From Leucoraja erinacea (taxonomy: Eukaryota): a DNA stretch of 64,000 bases. Every line of letters starts with the position of its first letter. Position 1 is the stretch's first letter. The position numbers were made by a program, and so were the translations under genes. Below the pieces are notes generated by a model. The model was not told the DNA's origin. It did no database searches and saw nothing but the letters and a program-made list of their open reading frames with translations. Positions 24,755 through 35,640 of the stretch are shown piece by piece. The stretch covers positions 35,836,001 through 35,900,000 of the forward strand of contig NC_073387.1 of NCBI RefSeq assembly GCF_028641065.1, read 5' to 3'.

Positions 24755-25590
24755 GTCATTGGAGTGACTCAGTAGGTCGGGCAGTATCTCTGGAGAACAT
24801 AGATGGGTGGCATTTTTAGTTGGGACCTTTCTAGTCTGTTGATGGTGGGCAGGGGAAAGCTGGAAGAGAAGCACATAGCCTGGCGAGTGATAGATAGATA
24901 CGGGTGAGGTGTTGGGGAGGGCTGTGATAGGGAGATGGTTGGACAAAGGTCAGGTATGAATAGAGAATTGGTGTGAGATAAGGAGAGAAGAAGTACGAAA
25001 TGTGAACCCTAATCGCACTTCAGCTACTTCATCCGGTGTTCCCAATGTGGCCTCCTTTACATCAGTGTGACTAAGCATAGATTAGGCGACCATTTTGTTG
25101 AACAGTTGCACTCAGTCAGCCAAAGCCAACTGGATCTCCCAGTTGCTAATATTTTAACTCCTCATTCCCATACTGACCTTTCTGTCTTGGGCCTCCACCA
25201 TTGTCAGAGTGCGGCCACACACAAACTGGAAGAACCACACTTCATATTCCACTTGGGTAGCTTACAATCCAATGTTATGAACATTGTATTTTCCAATTTT
25301 AGGTAATTAACTTACAAACCCCCCCACCCCTTCCCTTTCTTCACTCCCTATGTTCCTCCCCTTTTTCTTCCCTGTGCCCCATCTGGACACGTACAAACTT
25401 CACTCCTCCCCCTCTCACCTATATTCTTTCTTCTAGCTTCACAATTCGCACTTCTTCTATCAATGAGAATTGTGCCTTTTCATCTCAGGCCTTTGTCCAA
25501 CCATCTGACTATCGCCCCCTATCACTCACCACTGCCCCTCCCCTCTCCCAGCTCTCCCCCCCATCACAATCAGTCTGAAGAAGGGTACGG
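24755..25590. mobile_element. Penelope fragments in inverted arrangement (minus pseudo-LTR about 24755-25005, plus GIY-YIG/3' region about 25030-25590)
   Basis: ORF 25067-25306 TKHRLGDHFVEQLHSV...KLEEPHFIFHLGSLQ, then cagtctgaagaaggg at about 25571. Confidence 0.75.
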
Positions 25591-26066
25591 TTCTCTGCGA
25601 TCATTCCACCTTAATGACATCTTTCCGACAAAACATTGACCAAAGTTTAACATAATGCTCCAAGTGCGGCCTCACCGATATCTTGAACAATTGTAACATA
25701 ATGTCCCACCTTCTACCTCAATTCCCTGACTGAAATGTGTAAGCATGCCAAAGCCTACTTCATCACCCTATCTACCTGTTGATGTCACTGTCAGGGAACT
25801 ATATGCTTGTACTCCTAAATCCCACAGGAGCCTACAGTTCAGTTTAGTTTATTGTCAGGTTTACCGAGGTACAGTGAAAAACTTTTGTTGCGTGCTAACC
25901 AGTCAGCGGAAAGACTGTACATTATTACAATTGAGCCATTTACAGCGTATAGATACATGGGAAGGGAATAACGTTTAGTGCAAGGTAAAGCCTGTAGTCC
26001 GAACAACGATAGTCCGAGAGTCACCAATGAGGTAGATAGTAGTTTAGGACCACTCTCTACCTGTGG

Positions 26067-26510
26067 CAGGCATGGAAATCGCTATCAAAATATGGGGGGG
26101 GGACAGGGGGGACTCAATTTCTTGGCGGCCGCTCGCGCATGCGCACAGTTACACACACACGCGAGGCTTCAGAGGCTTCAGCCGTGGGCCCTGAGAACAG
26201 TAATTACAGCTCAATCCAGTACTAAATGCAGCTCAACTATGCCTGTCTTGCCAGGTTAAACTACAGCCCTGCCTGGACTGGCGGGACATCAGCCTGGAGT
26301 CGTGGAGCTAGCGCTGCTTCTCCGCGCTGGCTGTAAACCTGGGCTGTCGCTCCCGTAAGTCCAGGCAAGGTTGTAGGTTAACCTGGCTGGACAGGCAGAG
26401 TTGAGCTGGGTTTAGTGCTGCTTCTCTGCGCTGGCTGTGGGCCTGGGGGCACCGATTACAAAAAAAATGGGGGGTATCGTTCCCCACCTCTCAAAAAAAG
26501 GGGGGGGGGG
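26067..26510. mobile_element. Probable truncated DNA-transposon (hAT-like MITE) fragment
   Basis: Starts CAGGCATGGAAATCGC, GC-rich, with poly-G subterminal motifs. No matching right end or TSD found. Confidence 0.35.
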
Positions 26511-27245
26511 TGGACTGAGTATAAATAAGCATGTTAGGCACACTACTGGGCACAGGCCTGCGCTTCCACCATCATCATCGGCTGTCACACAAAACGAGTA
26601 TGACTGTCCTCTCATGGAGGACGCTTGTGCTGACTTTGTTTAACGTGGGAAGATTGGTGCACAAACAGCCACCACATGGTCCTTCAAAGATCGGGGTCAG
26701 GATCCAGTGGAAGCACTTCCACCACTACCCTCAAGTTCTTCTTGGAACGCATGCAATCTAACCTTCCAGAGCAGCCTACCATGCCAATTTCCGGTTGCTT
26801 GGTATCAAAGATAGATGTTCCGCAGTCCATGAGAATCTCAGCATTTGTGCCCTAGCTCCATATATAATGGTGGCTGGTAAACGTCAACACACAGGTTTGG
26901 GGTTGATGTATTACAGATCACTTGGAAATCTGTGGTGGCATTCTCTGTGTGAACTTCCAGGCATTATATTGGTTAAGAGTAGTCATAAGATTATTTACAA
27001 AGATATGGCAATGGTAGGCTGATTGGTCCTTATAGTTGTGGATTTCTCACACTGCAAGGATGTCTGTGTTTTGAGTCCAACATGTTTGCCAAATACTCAC
27101 ACTTTCCCCAGGAAGTTTCCCGCATTAAGTTGGAGGATTCTAATTGTAAACTTATTTATTGGGAAGATTGGGCCATTACCCTGATGATTGTTGATCAAAG
27201 CAATTGAGTTGATGCCCATTAAACCATATAAAGGTTGCCATTTTC

Positions 27246-27555
27246 TGCACGGTGGCGTAGTAAAGGCACGGTAAAGTCGCTGCCTTACAGCGCCAGAGAC
27301 CCAGGTTCAAGCCTGGCTATGGGTGCTGTTTGTACGGAATGTGTGTGTTCTCCACGTGACCTGCGTGGGTTTTCTCTGGGGGCTCTGGTTTCCTCACACA
27401 CTCCAAAGACATACAGGTTTGTAGGCTAATTGGCTTGGTAAAGTTTTAAATTGGCCCTGGTGTGTAGGATAGTGTAAGTGATTGCTGGTTGGAGCACACT
27501 CGGTGGGCTGAAGGGCCTGTTTCCACACTGTATCTCAAAACTAAAAAACTAAAAA
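27246..27555 (+). mobile_element. V-SINE (HE1-like)
   Basis: tRNA-like head, central ggtttcctc(c)cacactccaaagac core, CR1-type 3' end and (aaact)n tail. Confidence 0.85.
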
Positions 27556-27764
27556 TATCCTTTAATACAAAATTTCTCTCAGATTTGTGCAGATTTGAAA
27601 TTTATAATTGAATTAGCATCAATCACTTTATGTGGCTAACATTTTAAAGGGTTAGATATTTCATACTGAAAGGCCTGTCTCAATTCTGGGCTCTATCCCC
27701 TAATGCTAGACTACTCATTGAGTAGAAATTGTTTTGAACTCTTTTCCCTCAGTATCAGTGAATA

Positions 27765-27904
27765 TCTTTGGGGTGGAAGATTGCAACCTTCACGTGGTCC
27801 GCCCTGTTTCGACTAATGCAATCAACCCGGCGTGCATAATCAAATAAGATCAAATAGAACAAGTTTACAACTTTAGGCTGTGCACGCCATAAGCAAGAAG
27901 AAGA
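27765..27904 (+). mobile_element. Short 5'-truncated retroposon with (AAG)n tail and 8-bp TSD
   Basis: AGTGAATA at 27757-27764 and 27905-27912. Ends gccataagcaagaagaaga. Confidence 0.7.
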
Positions 27905-28566
27905 AGTGAATACCTTTAAAGATTCAATGAGAGAAAACCTTAACTTGTTAAATTTTAAGGAATCCAACCTCAATTTGTGTAATACATCTTCATTGCTTAA
28001 CATTTGGAGACTCGTATCATCTGTAATTATTCAAGCCTTATATATCTTTACAAATCTGCAGTGCCCAATAGTGATCACAATGCTATAGTTGTGTTCTAAC
28101 TCAAGCTTTGTATAGCTTTGTATCACTAAAACCATAACTTCTAGTACCTTCTAGTACCTTATATTCTCACCCTTGAGACAAAAAAATATAATTTCCATTT
28201 ACCATTACCATATACCATTTCGCTCAACACTGGCTCTCTGTCCACCAAGCCCCGCTGGAATTTCCGGTAGCTAATCATTTTAACCCCCTTTCAATTCTCA
28301 TAATGACCTTTCGGTGCATGGACTCCTCCATTGCCAAAGTGAGGCCACGTGCAAACTGGAAGACCAACACCTCATACCATCGCTGCCCCTCCTATCGTTT
28401 TCCTGCACCTTCCCCACCCCCAGCACCTTCCATCATATCTCACTACCCCAGTCATCCTTCTCCTTTCCCCTTCTTTGTGAGCTCCCACCTGCATTTTGCG
28501 TCTATCTTCGGTTTAAACTAGCATCTGCAGTTCCTTCCTACACATTCAGAAACAATGATTTCCTTC

Positions 28567-29776
28567 CTACCACTAACTTCCATCCGGCACTCAAATACAC
28601 CTGGACCATTATCGACACTTCCCTACCATTCCTTGACCTCACTATCTCCATTGCAGGTGATAGACTTCTAACCGACATACACTATAAACCCACTGACTCC
28701 CATGGCTATCTGGACTACACTTCTTCCCACCCTGCTTCCTGTAAGGACTCCATCCCCTACTCCCAATTCCTCCGTCTACGCCGCATCTGCTCCACGGATG
28801 AGGCGTTCCACACCAGGACATCTGAAATGTCCTCACTATTCAGGGAACGGGGGTTCCCCTCCTCCACCATAAATGAGGCTCGCACCAGGGTCTCCTCCAT
28901 ACCCCGCAACACTGCTCTCTCTCCCCATCCCCGCACTCGCAACAAGGGCCGAGTCCCCCTAGTCCTCACCTTTCACCCCACCAGCCATCACATACAAAAA
29001 GTAATCCTCCGTCAGTTTCGCCACCTCCAACGTGACCCCACTACTCGCCACATCTTCCCATCTCCCCCCATATCTGCCTTCCGCAAAGACCGCTCCCTCC
29101 ATAACTCCCTTGTCAATTCTTCCCTTCCCTCTCGGTCCACCCCCTCCCCGGGCACTTTCCCTTGCAACCGCAAGAGATGCAACACTTGTCCCTTTACCTC
29201 CCCCCTCGACTCCGTTCAAGGACCCAAGCAATCGTTCCAGGTGCGACAGAGGTTTACCTGCATCTCTTCCAACCTCATCTATTGCGTCCGCTGCTCTAGA
29301 TGTCAGCAGATCTATATCGGTGAGACCAAGCGGAGGTTGGGCGATCGTTTCGCCGAACACCTCCGCTCGGTCCGCAATAACCAAGCTGACCTCCCGGTGG
29401 CTCAGCACTTCAACTCCCCCTCCCACTCCGCCTCCGACCTCTCTGTCCTGGGTCTCCTCCATGGCCACAGCGAGCAGCACCGGAAATTGGAGGAACAGCA
29501 CCTCATATTCCGTTTGGGGAGTCTGCACCCCGGGGGCATGAACATCGAATTCTCCCAATTTTGTTAGTCCTTGCTGTCCCCTCCCCTTCCTCAGCCCCCC
29601 TGCTGTCTCCTCCCATCCCCCAGCCTTCCGGCTACTCCTCCTTTTCCCTTTCTTGTCCCCACCCACCCCCGCCCCCGATCAGTCTGAAGAAGGGTTTCGG
29701 CCCGAAACGTTGCCTATTTCCTTCGCTCCATAGATGCTGCTGCACCCGCTGAGTTTCTCCAGCTTTTTTGTGTAAC
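28567..29776 (+). mobile_element. Young 5'-truncated Penelope-like element: RT C-terminus, linker, GIY-YIG endonuclease (open to stop at 29567) and pseudo-LTR; 14-bp TSD
   Basis: LPFLDLTI, YKPTDSHGYLDYTSSHP, C.R.RCNTC zinc linker and NLIYCVRC...YIGETKRRLGDRFAEHLRS. TSD CAATGATTTCCTTC at 28553-28566 and 29777-29790. Confidence 0.95.
29680..29714 (+). ncRNA. Minimal type I hammerhead ribozyme-like motif
   Basis: cagt-CTGAAGA-a-gggt(ttcg)gccc-GAAA-CG-TT-gcc. Confidence 0.6.
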
Positions 29777-30419
29777 CAATGATTTCCTTCTCTTGATTTG
29801 TTTCTCTGGATTGTTGCTGGCATCAAGAAATAGGATGATGGGTAATAAAAAAATGAAATAAAGTTGCATTCTAATTGATTTTCTGGGGCTGCAGAAATTC
29901 TTTTTGAAAATGATTAATTGGGGTGATTTGAAGAAGAATAAATTAGGATGAAAATTTCAATATTCCCCTTCCAATAATCAATGTACACTATTAATTACTG
30001 TTATGTCTTTCCTCATGTTGTTACTTGTTACTATAAATGTATTCATTGGTCAAAAAAGGGGAGTAAAAATTTAATAGTTGATGACAAAAGCATATCATGA
30101 ATGAAAAATATATGAATAGATAATGCATTGATTTTCCGTGGCATTTTTTATAAATCAAGTAAAACTGGTCATGAGGTTCTGCAAGTTTCTTCAGACCTGT
30201 GGCCGTATCTCCAATAGGAAACAGTATGAACAATTATTTGTGACATTTTTGAAGATTTCAATTGATTGAGAATCCACCAGAATTTTGTTTTCTCAATATT
30301 TTTGTCATTGCACCTATTTCTCAGCTTCTTTCCAATTTATTAATTCAATTTTAAGGACACTGTCTGTCCTTATCGGTGTCTTCCACTTCTATGTTTCTGT
30401 GTTCAGTTAGATGGACTCA

Positions 30420-31800
30420 AAACAGACATGACTACATTGACCCGGGTATCCGTGCGGACTGAAGAACATCATCACCTGTAGAAATGTACTCCACCACAAT
30501 CTGTCACCTCAATACCCAACATACCCCTCACTGTCATTAATATCAGGCCTGGAGATTAACCCTGATTCAATGAGGAATGTAGAAGGTCATGCTGGGAACA
30601 CCACCAGGCATTCTTTAAAAAGAGGTGGGTCCTGTTGAAATGTAGTACAAGGCTCTAAGTGCACCATACAACAAAAGCAGTTTGCAATAGAGAAAGCTAA
30701 ATGAACCCACAACCAGCTTATCACATTAAGATCTGCATTCTTGCAACCTCTAATCATAAATATTAATAGATAATTGGATAGTGGGAGGCAGACATTCCTA
30801 GACCTCTGCATCCTCAATGATGGTTGGGCTCATTTTGTGAGTAAGTGGTACAAACTAGGCTGAAATACTCATAATCATGTTCAGCACGATGTATTGAGTG
30901 GATGGTCCATCCTGGCCTCCGTCTGAGATGCCACCATCACAGAGCCAAGTAAATGCTGGGAACATTGGATGCAACCAAGGATATGGACCAGATAATAGGT
31001 GAGACTAAGCGGAGGTTGGGCGATCGTTTCGCAGAACACCTCCGCTCGGTCCGCAAGAACCTACCTGACCTCCCGGTGGCTCAGCACTTCAACTCCCCCT
31101 CCCACTCAGAATCCGACCTCTCTGTCCTGGGTCTCCTCTATGGCCAGAGTGAGCAACACCGGAAATTGGATGAACAGCACCTTATATCCCGCTTGGGGAG
31201 TCTGCATCCTGCAGGCATGAACATTGAATTATCCCAATTTAATTAGCCTTGCTGTTTCCTCCCCTTCCTCAGCCCTCGGGCTGTCTCCTCCCATCCCTCA
31301 GCCCTCGGGCTCCTCCTCCTCCTTTTTCCTTCCTTCTCCCCGCCACCCCCTATCAGTCTGAAGAAGGGTTTCGGCCCGAAACGTTGCCTATTTCCTTCGC
31401 TCCATAGATGCTGCTGCACCCGTATCTTGTATCTTGGACCAGATAATATCCTGACTAAGGTACTGATCACTTAGATTCTAGAACTGGTCGCTTCTGTAGC
31501 CAAGATATTCCAGTACATTTATATTGACAGCATGTTCCAAAAATATCGAACATTCCCCAGGCTTATCCTATTCACAAAAAGCAGAACAAATCCAATCTTG
31601 TTTATACCCCTCCATGTCTCACACTTAAAATATATCACCATTCCATCATCAATGGTAAGTCTAAACCTTGGAACTCCTTCACCAGATGCATTGTGAGAGC
31701 ACCTTCACCCGAGGTGTGGTGCAAACCACTAAGATGGCTCACCGCCATGCGGGAAGGAAATCATTTCGGGAAATTGGTGTGGACAAATGTTGGAGATGGG
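30420..31800 (+). mobile_element. Old CR1-clade LINE remnant, interrupted by a PLE
   Basis: With the PLE removed it reads LDATKDMGPDNILTKVL...LELVASVAKIFQY, resembling the KAxGPDNIP...LAKLFQ motif upstream of LINE RT. Confidence 0.5.
30998..31434 (+). mobile_element. Penelope 3' fragment with 14-bp TSD
   Basis: GETKRRLGDRFAEHLRS... followed by a pseudo-LTR with a hammerhead-like motif (31354-31388). TSD TGGACCAGATAATA at 30984-30997 and 31435-31448. Confidence 0.92.
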
Positions 31801-32283
31801 TGGGGTAATAGCCCGGTGAGGCAAATATAAAACATAAGTGATCTGGAACTGGGGCACGAGACAATGGGTTAAGTAAAGACTGGGAACAAACATGGACATT
31901 ATACATTCAGGGACGAGAGACGTAGGATGTAATAAGCTCCATCAAGTAACATGTTGGTGTGGAGAGAGATTATATTATCGCGCTGGGACACTGGCAGTTT
32001 TGTAAATGGTTGCATTTCATTCACAGCATTTAAAGAAGCAACACAAAAAATCCAATCTTTTATCGTTGTATTTTTCTTGTTTTGCTGGTGAATGTTATTT
32101 CTGGGCTTTTTCTGGTACTATGAATTATCAAGAGGTTTCTCATATATACGTCTTGCAGTAAGTGGATCGGGTTACCAATGGTTACCAACGTTGGTGTACT
32201 TGCTTATCACTTCACAAGAAATATATGAAATGTATCACTAATCAGACAATACATTAAAAAGTAGCATATTACCACAGATTTAC

Positions 32284-32379
32284 CTTTAAGTTCACTTCAG
32301 TTCCTTGCAATTCTTTTGTAGCTTCCTCTAAGGTTAGTCTGCAGCTCTGCAGATTCTCCAGTTTCTCGGAAAGGCTGGC
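32284..32379 (-). CDS. TRIM exon 2 (96 nt, coiled-coil start; ASLSEKLENLQSCRLTLEEATKELQGTEVNLK)
   Basis: cttttaacag acceptor and AAG|GTAAAT donor. A 96-nt phase 0-0 exon is characteristic of TRIM genes. Confidence 0.92.
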
Positions 32380-32510
32380 CTGTTAAAAGATCACTGTACC
32401 AGTTATAGTAAAATGTATTGTTAAACATTAAAATGTGTACAACGGATTATTTTATAATCAATGTGGCATACCTGTAATTTTACCACTTGACATTTTACAA
32501 AATCTCTCAC

Positions 32511-33083
32511 CTTTGTCTCATTGTGTATGTCTTTTAAAATGCGTATGTCATGGTTCTTATGTGGTCCAGCAACATAGCATGTCACACAGATACAGGAATG
32601 GTCATCTAAGCAGTAATATTCAATTAGTTTCTCATGATCAGAACATTTTCTGTCTTCCAGTGAACTTGCAGGCTCAATCAGTAGGTGGTTTTTCTGAGCA
32701 GCTTTCTCAGAGTGCTTCCTCAAGTGATGTTCACATAAAGAGGCTTCACAGTTCATACATGTCTTCACTGCAGGGAGAGGACTATCCAAACAGAAATCAC
32801 AGAAGATTTTAGGTGGTTCTTCGTTCATCTGGGTGGCTTCAAAACGTTCTATTATGTTACTTAGTTTCAAATTTTTGTGTAGTATAGGTTTCTGAGCATA
32901 CTCTGCACGACACTCTGGGCAGGAATACCCTGGCCCAGTATCTTTTTTGTCCCAGTTCTTTTCAATACAACTACGACAGAAGTTGTGCCCACAGGACAGT
33001 GAAACTGGTTCGGTGTATATATTCCAGCAAATTGAACAATTTAATTCTTCTTTTAAATTACCAACAGCTGAAGTAGAAGCCAT
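32511..33083 (-). CDS. TRIM first coding exon: RING finger, B-box1, B-box2 (TRIM16/TRIM25/finTRIM-like architecture; putative E3 ubiquitin ligase)
   Basis: EELNCSIC...LSCGHNFCRSCI...CPECR (C3HC4), CDFC...CMNCEASLCEHHL..H...H, CSDH...YC...CVTC....H..H. Donor AAG|GTGAGA at 32510. Alternative ATG at 33089. A possible acceptor at 33112-33114 implies an upstream non-coding exon. Confidence 0.97.
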
Positions 33084-33471
33084 TTTCATTTCTCCAAAGT
33101 AAGTCAAGCAGCTGTAACAGATTTGCGAAATGGTTAATTAACGGAAAGAGCACATGATAATGGTATAATTAATGTTGATTTACAACCTCAAAGCTTTGCA
33201 AAATTACTTCACATACAATATGAAGTGCAGTCATTGTTGCAATTCAAGAACATACTCTGAATGCTGGTCCCAGAGTGGATCTGTGATCATTCAGTAGAGT
33301 TACTCCACTCTTTTACACCTCTACACCAACAACAGCTCTTTATCCTGTATCTGTACACTGTGGGCGGTTTGATTGTAATCTTGCACCGATTTTCCACTGT
33401 CAGGATAGCATACAACAAAGAGCTTTTAACTGTACCTCGGGTACAGGTAACAATAAACTAAACTAAACTAA

Positions 33472-34180
33472 TGGGCCTGTCCCACTTAGGCGATTTTTCA
33501 GCGGACTGCCGGCGACTGTCAAGTTGCCGGTAGTCGCCTGAAAAACCAGAAACTGGAANNNNNNNNNNNNNNNNNNNNNNNNNNNNNNNNNNNNNNNNNN
33601 NNNNNNNNNNNNNNNNNNNNNNNNNNNNNNNNNNNNNNNNNNNNNNNNNNNNNNNNNNNNNNNNNNNNNNNNNNNNNNNNNNNNNNNNNNNNNNNNNNNN
33701 NNNNNNNNNNNNNNNNNNNNNNNNCATGTGAATTTTTTAGACAGCGCTCCCTCGCTTGCACCGTCTAAAAAATTCACACGGTGCAAGCCAAGGTGATACA
33801 GACACACACAGCGATGAACAGGAAATTTGGCGCTGTAAAAAGACGTCTAAAGCACAGTGTACAGTAAGTCCTTTAAAAGAGATAGGGGGAGAAGGGGGGA
33901 GAAGGAGTGGTGACAACACCAGAGATACACGGCAGTGAAGCTCGGCTGACATTTAACATTACCGGTCGGTTATCCTTGGTTCTGAAAACTACTGCTTACC
34001 TTTTTTCCCCCCAGTGAGCCAATGAAATTCACCCGCTACATCCTACGAGAACCTCCGAGAACCTTCGACCTCCTGGCAACCCATTAGGACCTCCTTCCGA
34101 CCCACCTACGGTTCGGGAATTCTCGCTACTCTCCATGGCGGCTTCATTCTAGTCGCCGCTAATTTTTCAACATGTTGGAA
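33472..34180. mobile_element. Harbinger-type MITE sequence spanning the assembly gap, right end missing
   Basis: TAA|TGGGCCTGTCCCACTTAGG start, matching 56763. Sequence after the gap has related motifs (gacctcc, aatttttcaacatgttg). Confidence 0.6.
33559..33724. other. Assembly gap (166 N)
   Basis: Run of N. Confidence 1.
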
Positions 34181-34370
34181 TGTGGTCCGATGAAGGTAAC
34201 GCCCCTTCCGGGGGGGGGGGGGGGGGGGCAGCACTATAAAAGCCCGGATGCCTGGACGTGAGTGGAAGATCGCGAGGGAGAGTCCACAACTGTGATTCTA
34301 CGCTGTGAATCAACTGAACTGTGAATCTGCAATAAATGATTTGTTAGCCTTTAATGAAAATGTAATTACA

Positions 34371-34688
34371 GGTTTGGCCTGCCTTGTGCTTGAAACAGCA
34401 ATGGAAATGGAAATGAAATGAAAATGCAATGAGCTGTTTGGCCTGCCCTGTGCTTGAAACTGCAATGGAAATGAAATGAAAATGCAATGAGCTGTTTGGC
34501 CTGCCCTGTGCTTGAAAGTGCAATGGAAATGGTAATGGAAATGAAATGAAATGAAATGAGTTGTTTGGCCTGCCCTGTGCTTGAACTTGACATGGAAATG
34601 GAAATGGAAAGTAAATGAGTTGTTTGGCCTGCCCTGTGCTTGAAATTGCAATGGAAATGAAATGAAATGTGTTGTTTGGCCTGCCTGA
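34371..34688. repeat. Tandem array of about 55-70-bp units: tgtttggcctgccctgtgcttgaaa plus variable (GAAAT/GGAAAT)n
   Basis: Five complete units plus a partial sixth, read directly. Confidence 0.9.
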
Positions 34689-34829
34689 AACCACCAATTT
34701 CAGCCCACAAGGCCCCTAATAGCCAAGAAACCAGTCCCTTTTACCCAAAATGCCTGTATTAGCTCAGGAGGAGCATTTGGGCCCAAAAGGCCCGTGCCAG
34801 GCCAGGAAAAGTCTAGAGAAAGTGCTTTC

Positions 34830-35034
34830 ACTGAGCTGCCAGCCCAACAGGCCTGAGTGACTGAGCTGCCAGCCCATCAGGCCAGAATGACTGAGTTGCC
34901 AGCCCACCAGGCCTGAGTGACTAAGCTGCCGGCCCACCAGGCCTTAGTAACTGAGCTGCCAGCCCACCAGGCCTTAGTAACTGAGCTGCCAGCCCACCAG
35001 GCCTGAGTGACTGATCTGCTAGCCCACCAGGCCT
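34830..35034. repeat. 30-bp tandem repeat ctgagctgccagcccaccaggcctgagtga, about 7 copies
   Basis: Read directly. Confidence 0.92.
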
Positions 35035-35169
35035 CCAGAACCCGCCCCCCCCCCCCGCCCCCACTGGTCACCAATATTGGAATTGGTGGAGGTGGAATAT
35101 TGCATTGGAGGACCAGCCCTCCCGTGTGAACACGAGACCCAGTGGGTCCCACTTAGTCTTGTCAATAAT

Positions 35170-35640
35170 AAGTCTTGTCAGCGGCTGTTGAAAGCATCTT
35201 GTCTGGAAACATCACAATTGGGTTTGGGAATTGCTCTGCCCAGGACAAGAAGACTCTGCAGTGAGTAGTGTGTTCGGCCAAACGAACTATGGGAACTACA
35301 CTCGCCCCCCTGCAGGAACTGTACATAAGAAGGTGCAATTCCAGAGGCAACAAGATCATGGGAAATCCTCCAGCTGCTACGGTCAGGCAAACGCCTCTGT
35401 TGCCATGCTGTGAAAACGGAGAGGATGAGAAAGAGTTTCTTCCCAGAGGCCATCAGGACTGTAAACTTCTATCTCACCAGGGACTAACTTTACTGTACCT
35501 TTTTACTGTTGTGTTTTTTTTTTAATTGCTGTTTTTTTGGGGGGTTTTTCCTCCCACAAATTTGCAACCTGTTCCATTCTGTTTTGTAGTTTTTTTGCAC
35601 AATTTTGCGAGCATTGCCATTTTTCATTTCACTGCATGAA
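35170..35640 (+). mobile_element. Degenerate Rex1/Babar-type LINE 3' fragment
   Basis: ESILSGNITIGFGNCSAQDKKTLQ.VV.SA motif, homologous to 51850-51960. Confidence 0.65.

Larger units (their letters stand above)
34181..35162 (+). mobile_element. Non-autonomous Helitron-like element carrying two tandem arrays
   Basis: 3' subterminal hairpin gaccc-agt-gggtc followed by cacttagtCTTGt (degenerate CTAG end). 5' boundary uncertain. Confidence 0.5.

Noticed and set aside
28314-28566. N-terminal part of the 417-aa ORF
   Set aside because: It lies outside the TSD-defined PLE and comes from an older PLE fragment that happens to be in frame. It is not a real fusion protein.
28959-29666. 235-aa minus-strand ORF and similar overlapping ORFs (21118-21687, 29032-29541)
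   Set aside because: Antisense or alternative-frame shadows of the Penelope ORF.
33458-33807. ORFs spanning the N run
   Set aside because: Artefacts of translating the assembly gap.
34371-35034. Repeat arrays resembling CRISPR repeat-spacer structure
   Set aside because: The 'spacers' are themselves (GAAAT)n microsatellite or absent, the context is eukaryotic, and there are no cas genes.
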